From: Azolla caroliniana
Lineage: Eukaryota > Plantae > Polypodiophyta
NCBI GenBank assembly: GCA_043228905.1
Contig: JBHGNT010000002.1
Location: 5,022,001-5,086,000, forward strand
DNA length: 64,000 nucleotides
Direction: 5' to 3'
Shown here: positions 36,342 through 47,800 of the stretch, piece after piece
How positions within the stretch are numbered: position 1 is the first letter of the stretch
Layout of the letters: each line of letters begins with the position of its first letter
Program-made: the position numbers and the translations under genes
The notes under the pieces: generated by a model
What the model saw: the letters and a program-made list of their open reading frames with translations, nothing else
What the model was told of the DNA's origin: nothing
The model's database searches: none

Positions 36342-38994
36342 TTAAGACATGTCTGATGGACTAGAAGAGCATTCTGACGTCTCATCCTCATCATCAGTGG
36401 CAATCAAAGCATTATCCTCATCCAATTCCAACCCAACATCTTTGTGGTTATGAGAATTGCTTCTGGTTATTCTCTGTATTTCATTTGACACCATGTTTGG
36501 GATTTTCTCCTTTATTATCTTGATAGTTGCTTGTCTTAGATGACCTGATTTTGTCAATGAGAAGTCATATACTAGTATGTCAACACGGTCTAGTGCGAGA
36601 GTAGCTGTGCTCGGTATATTCTTTCTTCTTCTCTTTCTGCTTGAACATCCGACATCCTTAACCATCTCTAAAGAATACTTTCCTGTAAATGCATCAGTTG
36701 AATTTGTCTGATACCAATGGACTACTATTGACTTTGTCTGACTACTTTCTTCATCCCTTACTAATTCAATAATTTTTGCAATCCAAAATGGATGGCCCAA
36801 GGTATCGTCCCCTGCTAATGTTGCAACCAACATTCCCACTTGTAGTTCTTGCAAATTACCTTGCCATCTTGCCTCAACAGTACGTGACTTTCTTGGTCCC
36901 ACATAAATATCTCTTTGCAGTGGCCAAACAAATTCATGAAGCTCCATATTATTCGATTGTTGGTGATGAGTCTGCGATATCGTTGATGTCATCCCAATGT
37001 TCCATGTGAATGGGATACGGATTGGCCATAAACCGGCGATGTAATTATCTAAAATGGTGCGTTGATGGGTGAAGAAAATCTCCCACCATTCAACATCCTC
37101 ATCACCGGCATACTTCTTAGTCCGATCAATATTATTTTGTTTCTCTGCTAGACATCTCAACCAATATGCCCTTTGTTCATCAATAGTACTATTTGGTGCT
37201 ACATTTTTACGATCATCATATGGCATTTGTTGTGCACCATGTAGAGGTTCATCTGGGATATGAAGAAGGAGCCTACAACCTTCTTGGGGCTCCCATTGTG
37301 CACTAGATGAGTATTGTTTCGCAAACAACACCGTCATCTTCAGGTGGGCCGATCTTTGTTTTATGAGGAAGACATGGTTGAAACTTATATTATTAAGAGG
37401 TGCAAGCACCCTACCATGCAGAAACGTTTAAAGTCGTATACTTCTTCCAAGTGTTGTACTTCAGGCTTTGGTGTATATGCTTCACTAATCAATTTGGATA
37501 GCGTGGGAAGTGTGAAAGCATTACAGCGAGCAAGTTTCTTTGAGAGCCTACTGAACATTTGATCTATGTGATCATGGGTATGACCAACCAACAAGAAGTT
37601 AACCTTTATCTTTTTAAATATGCCCCTCTCTACTAGCATGCTTAGATAGCCGAAGACAGTTGAGTTCTTATTCTCTCTTGCTGTGTTGTCTAGTTGCACA
37701 TATAGAACTGGCGGGAGTATACCTGACCATGATTGCAATACCTTGTGCATGACAGTGACAGTAAGATTAGGGTCGTTGTGGATATTGGGATAAGTTAAGA
37801 ACACTTGCGGTCTTATAGTTTGACAGTATGTCAAACAACCCACTAGATGCATTTGCACGAGACACTCATCTCCAATATCCTTGGGGAGTCTTTGAAAATG
37901 CGGTAAACAAGTTTTCTTTTGATCCATGCCATCAATAATCATGCACATATACTTTTCGGAGATTGAAACGCTTTTTGTCGGTGATGCATAGCCTTAGTAC
38001 GTTCCAATGCCTGACTTTCACGATGTTCTTTTAACAGGTTCTTGTAATTCTTGATCTCTACATCTGATTTTCCACCCTTGCCCATACTTTTTAAACTCGC
38101 ACATATTGAGCAGACTCCCATTCGCACCTTTCGTGGGATAACCACGTTATTAAATTGTAACCTCCATAGTCGATTAAAATGCCTGTACTGTATGTAAGGC
38201 TCAACATCGGAAGACATGTCGTCCTTGTACGATTGGTAAACTTCCCTTCGAGTAAAGTTATCTGACAAATGAAGTCTTCCTGTCGTTGGCATAACTTCGC
38301 ACTGTTTTGAAAAATATACCTCCATCCACCTAATTGCCTGTTGCCCAATTTGACCCTTACATCCAGAACCATTTTGATCGAACTGTACCCAGGAGCCCTT
38401 CACAAGTCGCTCTTGAACTCGTTGCAGCCGCATATTTCCAATGCTATGAGTGATTTTAAAAGCTGCTCGACAACACTTGGTATTTAGTCCAAGGAAATAT
38501 TCAACTTGCATTGAATTAGGCCCTGCTTTGTGATCCAATTTAAGTTGCATATGCGAAAGAAGAAATGTATCTTGCTCTTCTCCATTAAGCGACAAGTATT
38601 TTTGTCGTGTTTCACGTAACCTTGACTTTCCATAAGTTGATAAACAGAGATTCGCACAACACGATTTGTTCAAGTCGCATAGAAGTTGACGATCAGAACA
38701 TAAGAAATTAAATCTCTTTTCACTAACTTGTCGAGGAACTCTTTTAAATGCTAGAGGTTTAGTAATGCTATTGTTATCTATCGACGAAGAATCGTCCGCT
38801 TGTAAGCTTGCATGAAGAGGGCCATCAACAAGATCAATTGAAAACAGAGAATTCGAAGTATTAGGAGCCACACTTTTCTGTTTAAGCCGCGAATATTTTT
38901 TGTGGTCGTACTCTTCTATTGAGAAATACGAGTTGTCTGACAATGAAAAGGGGGCAATAGAAAAAAGAGATGTTCTACTTGTAGAAGAAGACAT
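36342..38994 (-). pseudogene. DDD transposase (Sola1/DUF7869-like), ~880 codons, two frameshifts (~37945 and ~37405), C-terminal BAH/Tudor-like domain
   Basis: Cys-rich N-part (CCANLCL, CCRAAF, CSIC). Putative catalytic motifs IIDGMDQ, VQLDNTARENKN and VGHTHDHIDQMFS. Tail LQVGMLVA...PFWIAKIIE...IVVHWY. Confidence 0.85.
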
Positions 38995-39422
38995 TTGAGG
39001 GAGTCTAACTGTATTCTAAAACCTTCTTTTGAGAAAATTAAGGAATGTTGAAGCCTAACTATATAACTACCCGAACACTTAGATTAACTATATTATTTTC
39101 CAAAATTTTCCTAAAAAACAAATAATTAAAAATTATTTTTTATTTGAAAAAGAATGCTAAAGTCTTCTATATAAGGAGGTTAGAAATTTCATTTTCATTA
39201 TCACGTGAAAGAATCCATCGAGCTCAGAGCACAGGCCAATTTTCGAGCACTCAGAAGCACATCGTGGACAGCACTACCTCCGGCACGAACCATGAACAAG
39301 GGAAAGAAAATCGTCAGGTTAGTAATATTCATTACATTTTTTAAGATTCCTAAAGATTCCTTAAAGATTCCTTTCCTCAACACATAGAAATTTTATTTTA
39401 TTTTGTACAACGAACTTGGAAA

Positions 39423-39510
39423 GCAGTGCATCGGATTTTGGTTGAAGGTCCTGCCTTTCAACCGAAATCCGATGCCGAAATCCGATGCAGTGCATCGGAT
39501 TTTGGTTGAA
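39423..39510. promoter_or_regulatory. Palindromic/direct repeat cluster in the divergent promoter region
   Basis: gcatcggattttggttgaa-N10-ttcaaccgaaatccgatgc, then gaaatccgatgcagtgcatcggattttggttgaa. The structure is clear; its function is inferred. Confidence 0.6.
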
Positions 39511-39714
39511 AAAAATGTTGTTTTTGCGATAAAAAACTATCGCATGGGACCATAAAATTGACGTAATTTAAATGATAATTTGCGTGGTTTAGATAAAATT
39601 GTACGTTGTTTCTATGTTTTCACCAACGTTTTTAATTTCAGTGAACCCAGACAAAAAGTTCCTTCATTTAGATTGAAGATTCGATCTCCAACAAAACGAG
39701 ATTTTGGCTCCTTC

Positions 39715-42700
39715 ATGAAGGACACGAGTAAAAAGAATTTATTTGACTCAACGGGGGAAGGAGGATCCAAGTCATCTGTGGCTACTACCAAAATCAACAA
39801 AGGTAGTACCCAAGAGGAGAAAACGGTTGAGGTGAAATATAAGGATTACCCCGAACTTGAATGGTGTCTCTCTTATGTCGAGGAGGATGGGGTGCTGTTA
39901 TTGATAACGGCAAAATCGGACGGGGAAGGGAAACTTCAGCTTGGAAAAACATTTAATTACGGGCATGTAACCAAGCTAGAGTACGAAGACATTGACTCTA
40001 CAAGTATTTTAATCGACGTCTCGAGCTCAGTTGGCAACAGGCGATTGCAACTTGATGAGGGAAACCTAGTACCCGAATCTTGCAATCCCAAGGCTTTGCG
40101 TAAAGACCTACAAACGAAAAATAACTTGTTGGTAGCTCTTCGGCCGTACGTGACAGGAGAGATGATGACCGGTGAAGCAGAAACTCCACCGAAAAAGTCT
40201 AGGAAGACAAATCCTGTTCAAAAGAAATATACTAAACGACCACGACCCGAAGAAGAAGAAGAAGAAATATTAGAGTTCGTGGAAGAAGAAGACGACCAAC
40301 AAATCGACGTCGTGGCTCCAGGCGGACAACTATCTTCTGGTGTCCTGACGTCAGAACAAAATAAAATAAGAGAAAATATTGTGAAGACCAAACTTGTGCG
40401 CAGGGGCCAGCTATTTCATTTGCCCATTACTTCTATCCAAAGGCCCCCCATTGACCCCGTGACTGGAAGACGTCCCTTGGAAATTAGGGAGCCGCACTCC
40501 GTCCATGTGCAAAACCTGAAAAGCAAAATGAAAATCAATCCTCACGCTACTGTGGTGCCATTTTTTGTAATGGTTGATCAAGAACAATGCCCAACAGTAG
40601 CAGATTTCAAGTATAGCTCTGCAGACGATTACACATACTATGTAATCGGAGGATCAAATTCGGCCGAAGCTCGACGACAGCTTGTCAAAGAATATCCCCT
40701 CACGCCATTCTTCAAATACGCCGAATGTAAGGTATATGCAGGACTAACTCACAAGGAGGCGAAGCTGCTCGCATGGGACCATAACAATGACAACGATTAT
40801 AGGCAAAAGATGTCATGTATAGAGAGGATAAGATTTTTTCATCATGAATACCTCGATGCCTTGAATCGTTTTGGTCCAAGATTGTGGCCTGGATTGCGAC
40901 GTTAGTGTTTATTGGAAGTAGGGATTGCAGTGGATGAGAGTACCAAATCCGAAGGTCTCCGAAAATATGATTCTTGGTTTCAACTAGCTTTTCGGACCAG
41001 AGAGGTGTGGGATCTCCAAGACAAAATATTCTCTATGTGGGAGCGGAAAGAAGTCAAGGGGCAAAGATCAAAAAAGGGAAGAATTGATCCACAAGTTGAG
41101 ATGAAATCAAAGACCAAGGGAAAAAGCAACTTGGTAATCGAGGAGTTAGCAGAGGACATGAAACTTTTACCTTGGAGATCATTACAAGGTATCAAAGATG
41201 ATAGATTGTTAATATCCGTGCTATCTCGAGTGGTCGCCAAGGAATTTAGTTTGGACGAGATGGTAACAGACTTGCAAAAGTAAGTGTTTATAGTATACCT
41301 TTTCATGAAAGTCTTCAATTATTTTGAATATCTTATTTCTAATTTCATATTGATTGTGCAGTCACAAGGTATACATGAAGATTCAGGAGTTGATGATGCA
41401 AAAACTGAGTTTACCGACATGGGAAGAAGTTGAACAAGCCTGCCCGATAACTTCTTCCTACAAGGCATTGGAGGAATATTTTATTGTATTTAGAGAATGG
41501 GTATGTGTCTTTTGAATGTTGATATGTTAGAAAGTAATGTTCCCTGCTAACAACAATGACACTTGCAGAAACCATCAAAATCGAAAAAGAACAATGACAA
41601 TAAAGACGGTATTCCAGCGGCCTTCATCACGCACTTAGAACGTGCGAAATATGAGAAGAGAATGACCAAAGGGAAGGAAATGGAACTGCCCGAGGATTCG
41701 GAGACTGTAAAGAGTTTTTTGCATAGGTCCGATCCTTTCAAACAGCTTCATTATAGTGTTTTCAATGGCGAAGTATCCCAGATGCTTGAACTGTTACCGA
41801 GAAGGCACTACACTTTGTTGATAGCTGACATACCATATGGTTTCCGTATTGCGGGATCAACATATGATGATGTGCCTTTCAAGTACCCTCAGATCGAGAA
41901 AATGGTAAAGGATTTCGCAGAACTGACATTGGCCCCCTTGTGGAGGATAGTCATATTTCATAGCATGGGGCAATCACTGTCAGTCACAACAGCTTTGAAG
42001 TCTCGTTGTCATGCCACTGAACACATGCATTGGTGTGTTATAGTTCGCTTTTACTCATTACAGTACTTCTTATTATATGTACACATTTACACCTCTAATA
42101 CTTTATTTTCTTTCTCTATAGGATCAAAACAAATATTACACGTAGCCCTAGCGATCGAATGGTTAGTGCGGTCGAACATTTTTGTGTGGGCTACTATGAT
42201 TCAATTACAAAGAAGAAGGCTAGAGCACATGTCAATGAGCGTAACGTGGTTAACTACATCATGTGCCCAGCTGTAACCAAAAAATTAAGACATGTGTCAG
42301 GGGATAAAAGTATGGTGAACCCTTATCAAAAACCTCAAAGATTGATCAACCACCTCATAGAGCTCTTCTCGAATCCAGATGATTGGGTCCTAGACTTGTT
42401 CTCTGGCACAGGTATAATATATATTTTTAATTTCAATCCTGTCAATCAAGTTTAAGACGTTACTTCTTATATATACTTGTTTGTGTTCATGCGACCATTA
42501 GGTACAACAACAGCTTGTGCATTGAAGATGTTTAGAAACTGTGTTGCATTGGAGAAGGACCCTACTCAAGTTAACTTCATCAAAATGAGGATCACAGGAA
42601 TCTGGGACTGTCCAGATCAGGATCAAGAAGTCGGAGCAAAACACATCAACGAGACAGAGATGTTCCAGATGACTTCACGAGAACCAATGGAACCAATTGA

Positions 42701-42851
42701 TGAAGAAGCAGGGGAGCTGGTGGACCTGGAAGATGTAGCACAATTTGACCATACATCAGATTCGGGAGAGCTTGGAGATGACACGAATGAAAACAGTCTA
42801 GAACAATCAGCGCCAGAGGAGCCTGCTCTGCCTGATTTGCTTATAGATTGA
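39715..42851 (+). pseudogene. ParB-like domain plus beta-class N6A/N4C DNA methyltransferase fusion (~935 aa). Exons ~39715-41279, 41362-41500, 41569-42032, 42122-42411, 42502-42851. One premature TAG at 40903.
   Basis: Four GT-AG introns (82, 68, 89 and 90 bp) splice in frame. Motifs: LLIADIPY (IV), HWIKTN, AVEHF, NPYQKP..LI..LI, WVLDLFSGTGTT (I), ALEKD, and ParB-like YYVIGGSNSAEARRQL. The true start codon is uncertain. Confidence 0.88.
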
Positions 42852-43577
42852 TGTAGATGGCGTAATGTAAAAATTGAGGATTTTGAGGCATAATGTTCAC
42901 CATCACTTCATATTATATTTGTATATGAGAACATCTATAATTGTTTATCGTTTAATTAAATTCACCTGTTCATAATTTCCCTTTTTAATCATTATTGGAA
43001 CCATTGTTTGTATTTACATATAATTGGTCACCATGCTCTTCTTCAGTTTGAGATATTAACATGATATTGTAATTTCTCATTTCCGTTAGCTTGACTTTAT
43101 ATGAAAAGGCGAATGTTTTTGATAATAAGAGGTTTTTAGTTACCTACGGTTCAAGTCTACTGGTTCCACATAGTATAAATGAATGTCGTACGTAATTGTT
43201 ACTCTTACCAATTACATTGTCATGAACTATATGACATTATACAATGAAACTATCGATATACAAGTCCAACAAGTGGGGTACTACTTTATTCCTAAACCCA
43301 AAACCACATATTTATAATTACGATTTATGTAGTTTTACTCTACAATTTGAATATGGATACCAATTTTAGAACTTTATATTGAACCAAGTCTTCAATTGTG
43401 CTCCATGATATGCAAATTGACACGAATGTGGACACATATACAATTTAGTAATTGCTAGGTTTTTTATGTTCTATATTTAACCATCAAGTCGCAAAAGGGG
43501 TACGCATGCATCGTATATTTTCGATATCAGGCTAAAATAGGGTACTTTTCTACATCTGGCCAACTATGCCAAAAGAG

Positions 43578-43614
43578 AATACGACATATTACCTGTTTCA
43601 AATGACCCGGTGTT
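43578..43614 (-). repeat. Right TIR
   Basis: aatacgacatattacctgtttcaaatgacccggtgtt, followed by tgtg. Confidence 0.95.
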
Positions 43615-43962
43615 TGTGGCTTAATTACTCCTAATGGTTTTGGACGGACCGGACAACGGAACCGGAACCGGACGGCGACTAAATCAGGCCGGATGCAACC
43701 GAACCGGGGGGGACGAAACCAGAACCCACCCGATGGATGACGGATCATGCGGCGAACTAAAGTAAAGGTTATGTGAACGCATGCAACTAAAGTCAAACTT
43801 TATGTAAAGTAAAGGTCATGTGGATGCATGCAATTGAACTGAAGATGGAAACTGGAGTTCCTTCATGCAAGTGCAAGAAGGGAGGACTAAAGCTAGCTCT
43901 CGATGATCCATCCATAGATAAGAATGGGCCTTAGGGGATCGAAACCACCTTTTGGGGAGAAA

Positions 43963-44108
43963 AAACCCTAATTTTCTGATTGAAGCCATAAACCCTAATT
44001 TTCCTTACGGAAGTTATCTCTCGAAAACCCTAATTTTCCTTACGGAAGCTATCTCTCACATAAACCCTAATTTTCCTTACGGAATATATCTCTAAAAAAA
44101 AACCCTAA
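43963..44108 (+). repeat. Five AAACCCTAA (telo-box-like) motifs in 27-38-bp tandem units
   Basis: Unit aaaccctaattttccttacggaa.ntatctct at 43963, 43990, 44025, 44062 and 44100. Confidence 0.85.
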
Positions 44109-44280
44109 TATTCCTTATCTATTAATCTCTTTAAACCTAAACTTCTATAATCCCAATCTTGGGATAAATTGTAATCTTTCTTTTCCTTTCTTAATGAGAT
44201 TTATTAAATTTTCTCGTTTCCGTTAATTCTTAAAGTATAAACGCATGAATTTCATAACCTTTGGTCGGAGGCCCCGGGAT

Positions 44281-44588
44281 CCTACCTCAAGTTCACGTGT
44301 CTTCGTCGTATTTTCGCAACAACGGAGAAGGTGGGTAACGGGAAGCGTCCAACGGCATGGCTCCTACTGCAGCCAAACTTGGTCATTTTCCTTTTGTCAA
44401 GGAACCTCTACAAGATATGCACGGTGGAATCTCGGGGTCCTACCTCAAGTTCACGTGTCTTCATTGTATTTTCGTGACAACGAAGAAGGTGGGTAACGGG
44501 AAGCGTCCAACGGCATGGCTCCTACTGCATCCAAAGTTGGTCGTTTTCCTTTTGTCAAGGAACCTCTACAAGATGTGCACGATGGAAT
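44281..44588. repeat. Tandem duplication (~150 bp, period 158) at the Tcn1-like gag/pol junction
   Basis: cctacctcaagttcacgtgtcttc...caaga(t)gcac.gtggaat at 44281 and 44439. Confidence 0.9.
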
Positions 44589-44863
44589 TGGTGTCGAGGG
44601 CCCCACACCAGGCAGTGGCGGATGACATGACCGAGGTTACCACCATACAGACAGAGGTCATTCTTACGTCGATGTTGGCGTTGGGCATAAGTTAGTGGTT
44701 GGAACCGAGCGTGGTTGACCTCCATCAACGTATGGGAATTGACCTCCATCGGAGTATGAGTATCAAGGGGGGATGGTAGGTTGGTGTGGGTGGCGAAACT
44801 AAGACGTAGGGCCTGGCTATTGATGCATTTCGAGAGGAAGACTAAAACCAGCGAGTCACACGT

Positions 44864-47800
44864 TGTCGTAGTGTATTTTGTACACTACGTGAAAAACGTA
44901 TAAAATAACAATTGAATAAATATGAAGAAAAAGAAAGAAATATCAAAATATATATTACATGCATAAGACAAGATTCGAACCTTGTACCTCCATTTTATAA
45001 TTTAAAGCCTTACCATTACACTAAGACATAATAAGTGTTAGAAAAATAGATAACCCACATAGAAATGTTTTTTCCACACATATTTTCTAGTAAAATGCTT
45101 TAGTTAGAAGAAACATGCATGATAGAAAAAAGCTACACATGCACATTTAACGTGCATGAACACTATAGTCGATAAAAACGCATGAGGTTAGAAAAAAAAA
45201 ACATGATCACTTTTAGAAAAAGCATGTTAGAGAAAGCATATAGTCTATAGTTAGAGAAAAAGCATGGATTGTTAAGACTCTCTTATCACTATATAAGGAT
45301 GGGGAGCACAATGTAATAAGGGGGAGAAAAATAAATAAATTTAAATAAATAATGGGGTGATTATTAGGGTCTAAATATTGATTAATATAATACTTGTGGG
45401 ATTCACGAGGTTTTAGATTTCTCTTTTCCAATCTATTCCTATCGATTCCAATCTATTCCAAAGTATAATTAGGGTTAAATACTAATAAAACTAAAAAACT
45501 ATATTCATGGCATTCACGAATTTTTATCTCTCTTTCTTATAATCTACTCATAACTAGATTGGCTCAAATTCTTCCTCTTCCTAGTCCAAAACCCTAGTGG
45601 TTCCCATCCGACTCACGCAACGATCCGGCGCCGAAAGGCATGACACATTTGGTGAACCTGACGTGAAGACGGGTGGCAAGGAGAAGGAGAATCAACAAGA
45701 GGCGAGGCACACGATGATGATGATGTTCGAGCGGATGCTACATGAACAACGAGCGATGTCAGAGATCACGGCGGTAGTAAATCGGCTCGTACAATGAAAT
45801 GGACAATTCAACGGAAAGGATGCGTCACACTATCTATGTGACTACAAAGCGGAGATGATGCGATGCGGGATACCAGAAGGATTGCAAGTGATATCCTTCA
45901 GTCGGGTGGCCACGGATGAGCTACAAAAGAGAATCCACAAGATATGACAACAAAACCCAACATGGGGGTCCTTTGAAGAAGCTTGACGAGAGGCATATGA
46001 CTATGAGAGACCGAAGGGACGAGATCGACGCGAGTTCGACGAATGGGTGGCATCGGAGAAGACCCACCAAAGTGCAACACAAGCATTCCTAGAGTTTGAG
46101 CATCATTTTGCTCTACTCTCGGAGCGGGAACAAAGATTGGTGGGGGAGGATAAAGCCCTAATGTTCGTAAGATGGATTGATCGGAAAGAAAGGATGGACA
46201 TCGGGATCAAACTCGAAGATGATGACGGTGCAAATGGTCTTACCGAGGATTGGGTTGAAGTCGAAAGCATATGCCAAAGACATAATAAGAGGAAGACGAG
46301 AATCTCGTCGGCAACAACATGGCCTATAAGGGATGATCGATTCAAGACGAATGATGTGTTTGAGACGAAGGCTGAAGTACGATATGTCAATACCACGAGA
46401 GAGGGTATAGAACAAGGCATCCTCTTGTCATGCAAAAGAACGATGGCCAAGCATAACGCCGATGACTTGAGAGTGGCGAACACCACTAAGGTGGAAGAAA
46501 GTTTCGGTACACGAATGTCCGAAACATTGAGTGAGACGAGGGTAAGAATAATCGATGCTTGCATGATCGAGGAAGATAAAGAGTGTGAGACAGACATGAT
46601 TGACGAGGTGGCGACGAAAGATGACATCGAATCGGAGGTGGCTATGGACGAGTCAATGGCGGATGGTCGTATCGAGACTCTCCCAACACTAATTGCAGAG
46701 ATTTCGGCAATTGCGTTCGAAAGGCAACGTGAGACCGAAGAGACGGAAGGTAGCGGAGAGAAAACGAAGGTCGAAGCCGATGCATACAACAGAGAGATAG
46801 CCGAGCAGGTGGCTATGGGTGAAACGACAAAGGACGATAATACTGAGGATTCCTGCCCACTAATTCTAGAGACTTCGGTGGTTGTGTCCGAAAACCAACA
46901 TGAGACCGGAGACACGGGAGATAGCAGTAAGGAAGGTAAAGTTGGAAGTCGGTTCAGATGGAAGATGATCCGTCCGAAATTCCAATCTAAACGAAAGTCG
47001 AACCAAGCGGAAGTGGATTCGTCCGAAATCCGATCGGTCAAGCCCGGCCCGGACAAAAATCGTTCCAGCCGGAAGCCGATTGGATGAGACCGATCTGGAC
47101 AAAAGTTAATCTGGCTCAACCAGAGGTCGAACCGGTCAAGGCCGGTTAACACGAGGGAAAGGAAGCCAACCAAAACCAAAACCGATCGGTCGAAACCGAA
47201 CTGGAAGGGGGCGGACTCGGTCAAAACCGATCGACCGAGTCTGATTCGGCCAAACGCAAATACGAATTCGATCGGAAGCTGATCCAACCGAAAGCTAATC
47301 GGACGAGACCAATCTAGAAAAAAGTCAAGGTTGATGAAAACAAGAAAGAGGCTAGGAAAACACACTACCACGGATGACAAGGGCCAAGTGGATTTGAAGG
47401 GTGTTACTAATGATGAGATCTCAACAAAGAAGGAAGGCTCTAACGGGAAGAACGTAAACACTAACGAGAGATTGTATGACGAGAGAGAACAAAGAATATG
47501 GTGGATCGGATGGCAACAATGGTTCGGGTGGAAAGAATGGATGTGCTCAAAATGGAGAGACAAAGTCGACATAGTGGGACAAACAAAGGATATTACGGAT
47601 GGAGAACTAGCTCCGACAATTTCAGCACATACCGGAGGATGTGCGGATTCGGAGGGGGCGAGTGTCGTAGTGTATTTCGTATACTACGTGAAAAATGTAT
47701 AAAATAACCGATTGAATAAATATGAAGAAAAAGAAAGAAATATCAAAATATATATTACATGCATAAGACAAGATTCGAACCTTGTACCTCCATTTTATAA

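Larger units (their letters stand above)
36014..43614. mobile_element. Complete TIR DNA transposon (7601 bp, Sola-like) carrying a transposase and a ParB-DNA amino-methyltransferase gene
   Basis: 37-bp TIRs at 36014-36050 and 43578-43614 (36/37 match). 4-bp TSD TGTG at 36010-36013 and 43615-43618. Two divergent genes inside. Confidence 0.93.

Noticed and set aside
39580-42851. Bacterial or phage contamination as the source of the ParB-MTase gene
   Set aside because: The gene has four in-frame GT-AG introns and lies within TIRs and a TSD nested among plant retroelements.
43963-44108. Interstitial telomere array
   Set aside because: These are single AAACCCTAA motifs spaced 27-38 bp apart within larger units, not contiguous (CCCTAAA)n.
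46103-47572. 489-aa antisense ORF in element E
   Set aside because: It is an S/F/L/V-rich mirror of a purine-rich sense strand with no recognisable motif; most likely a shadow ORF.
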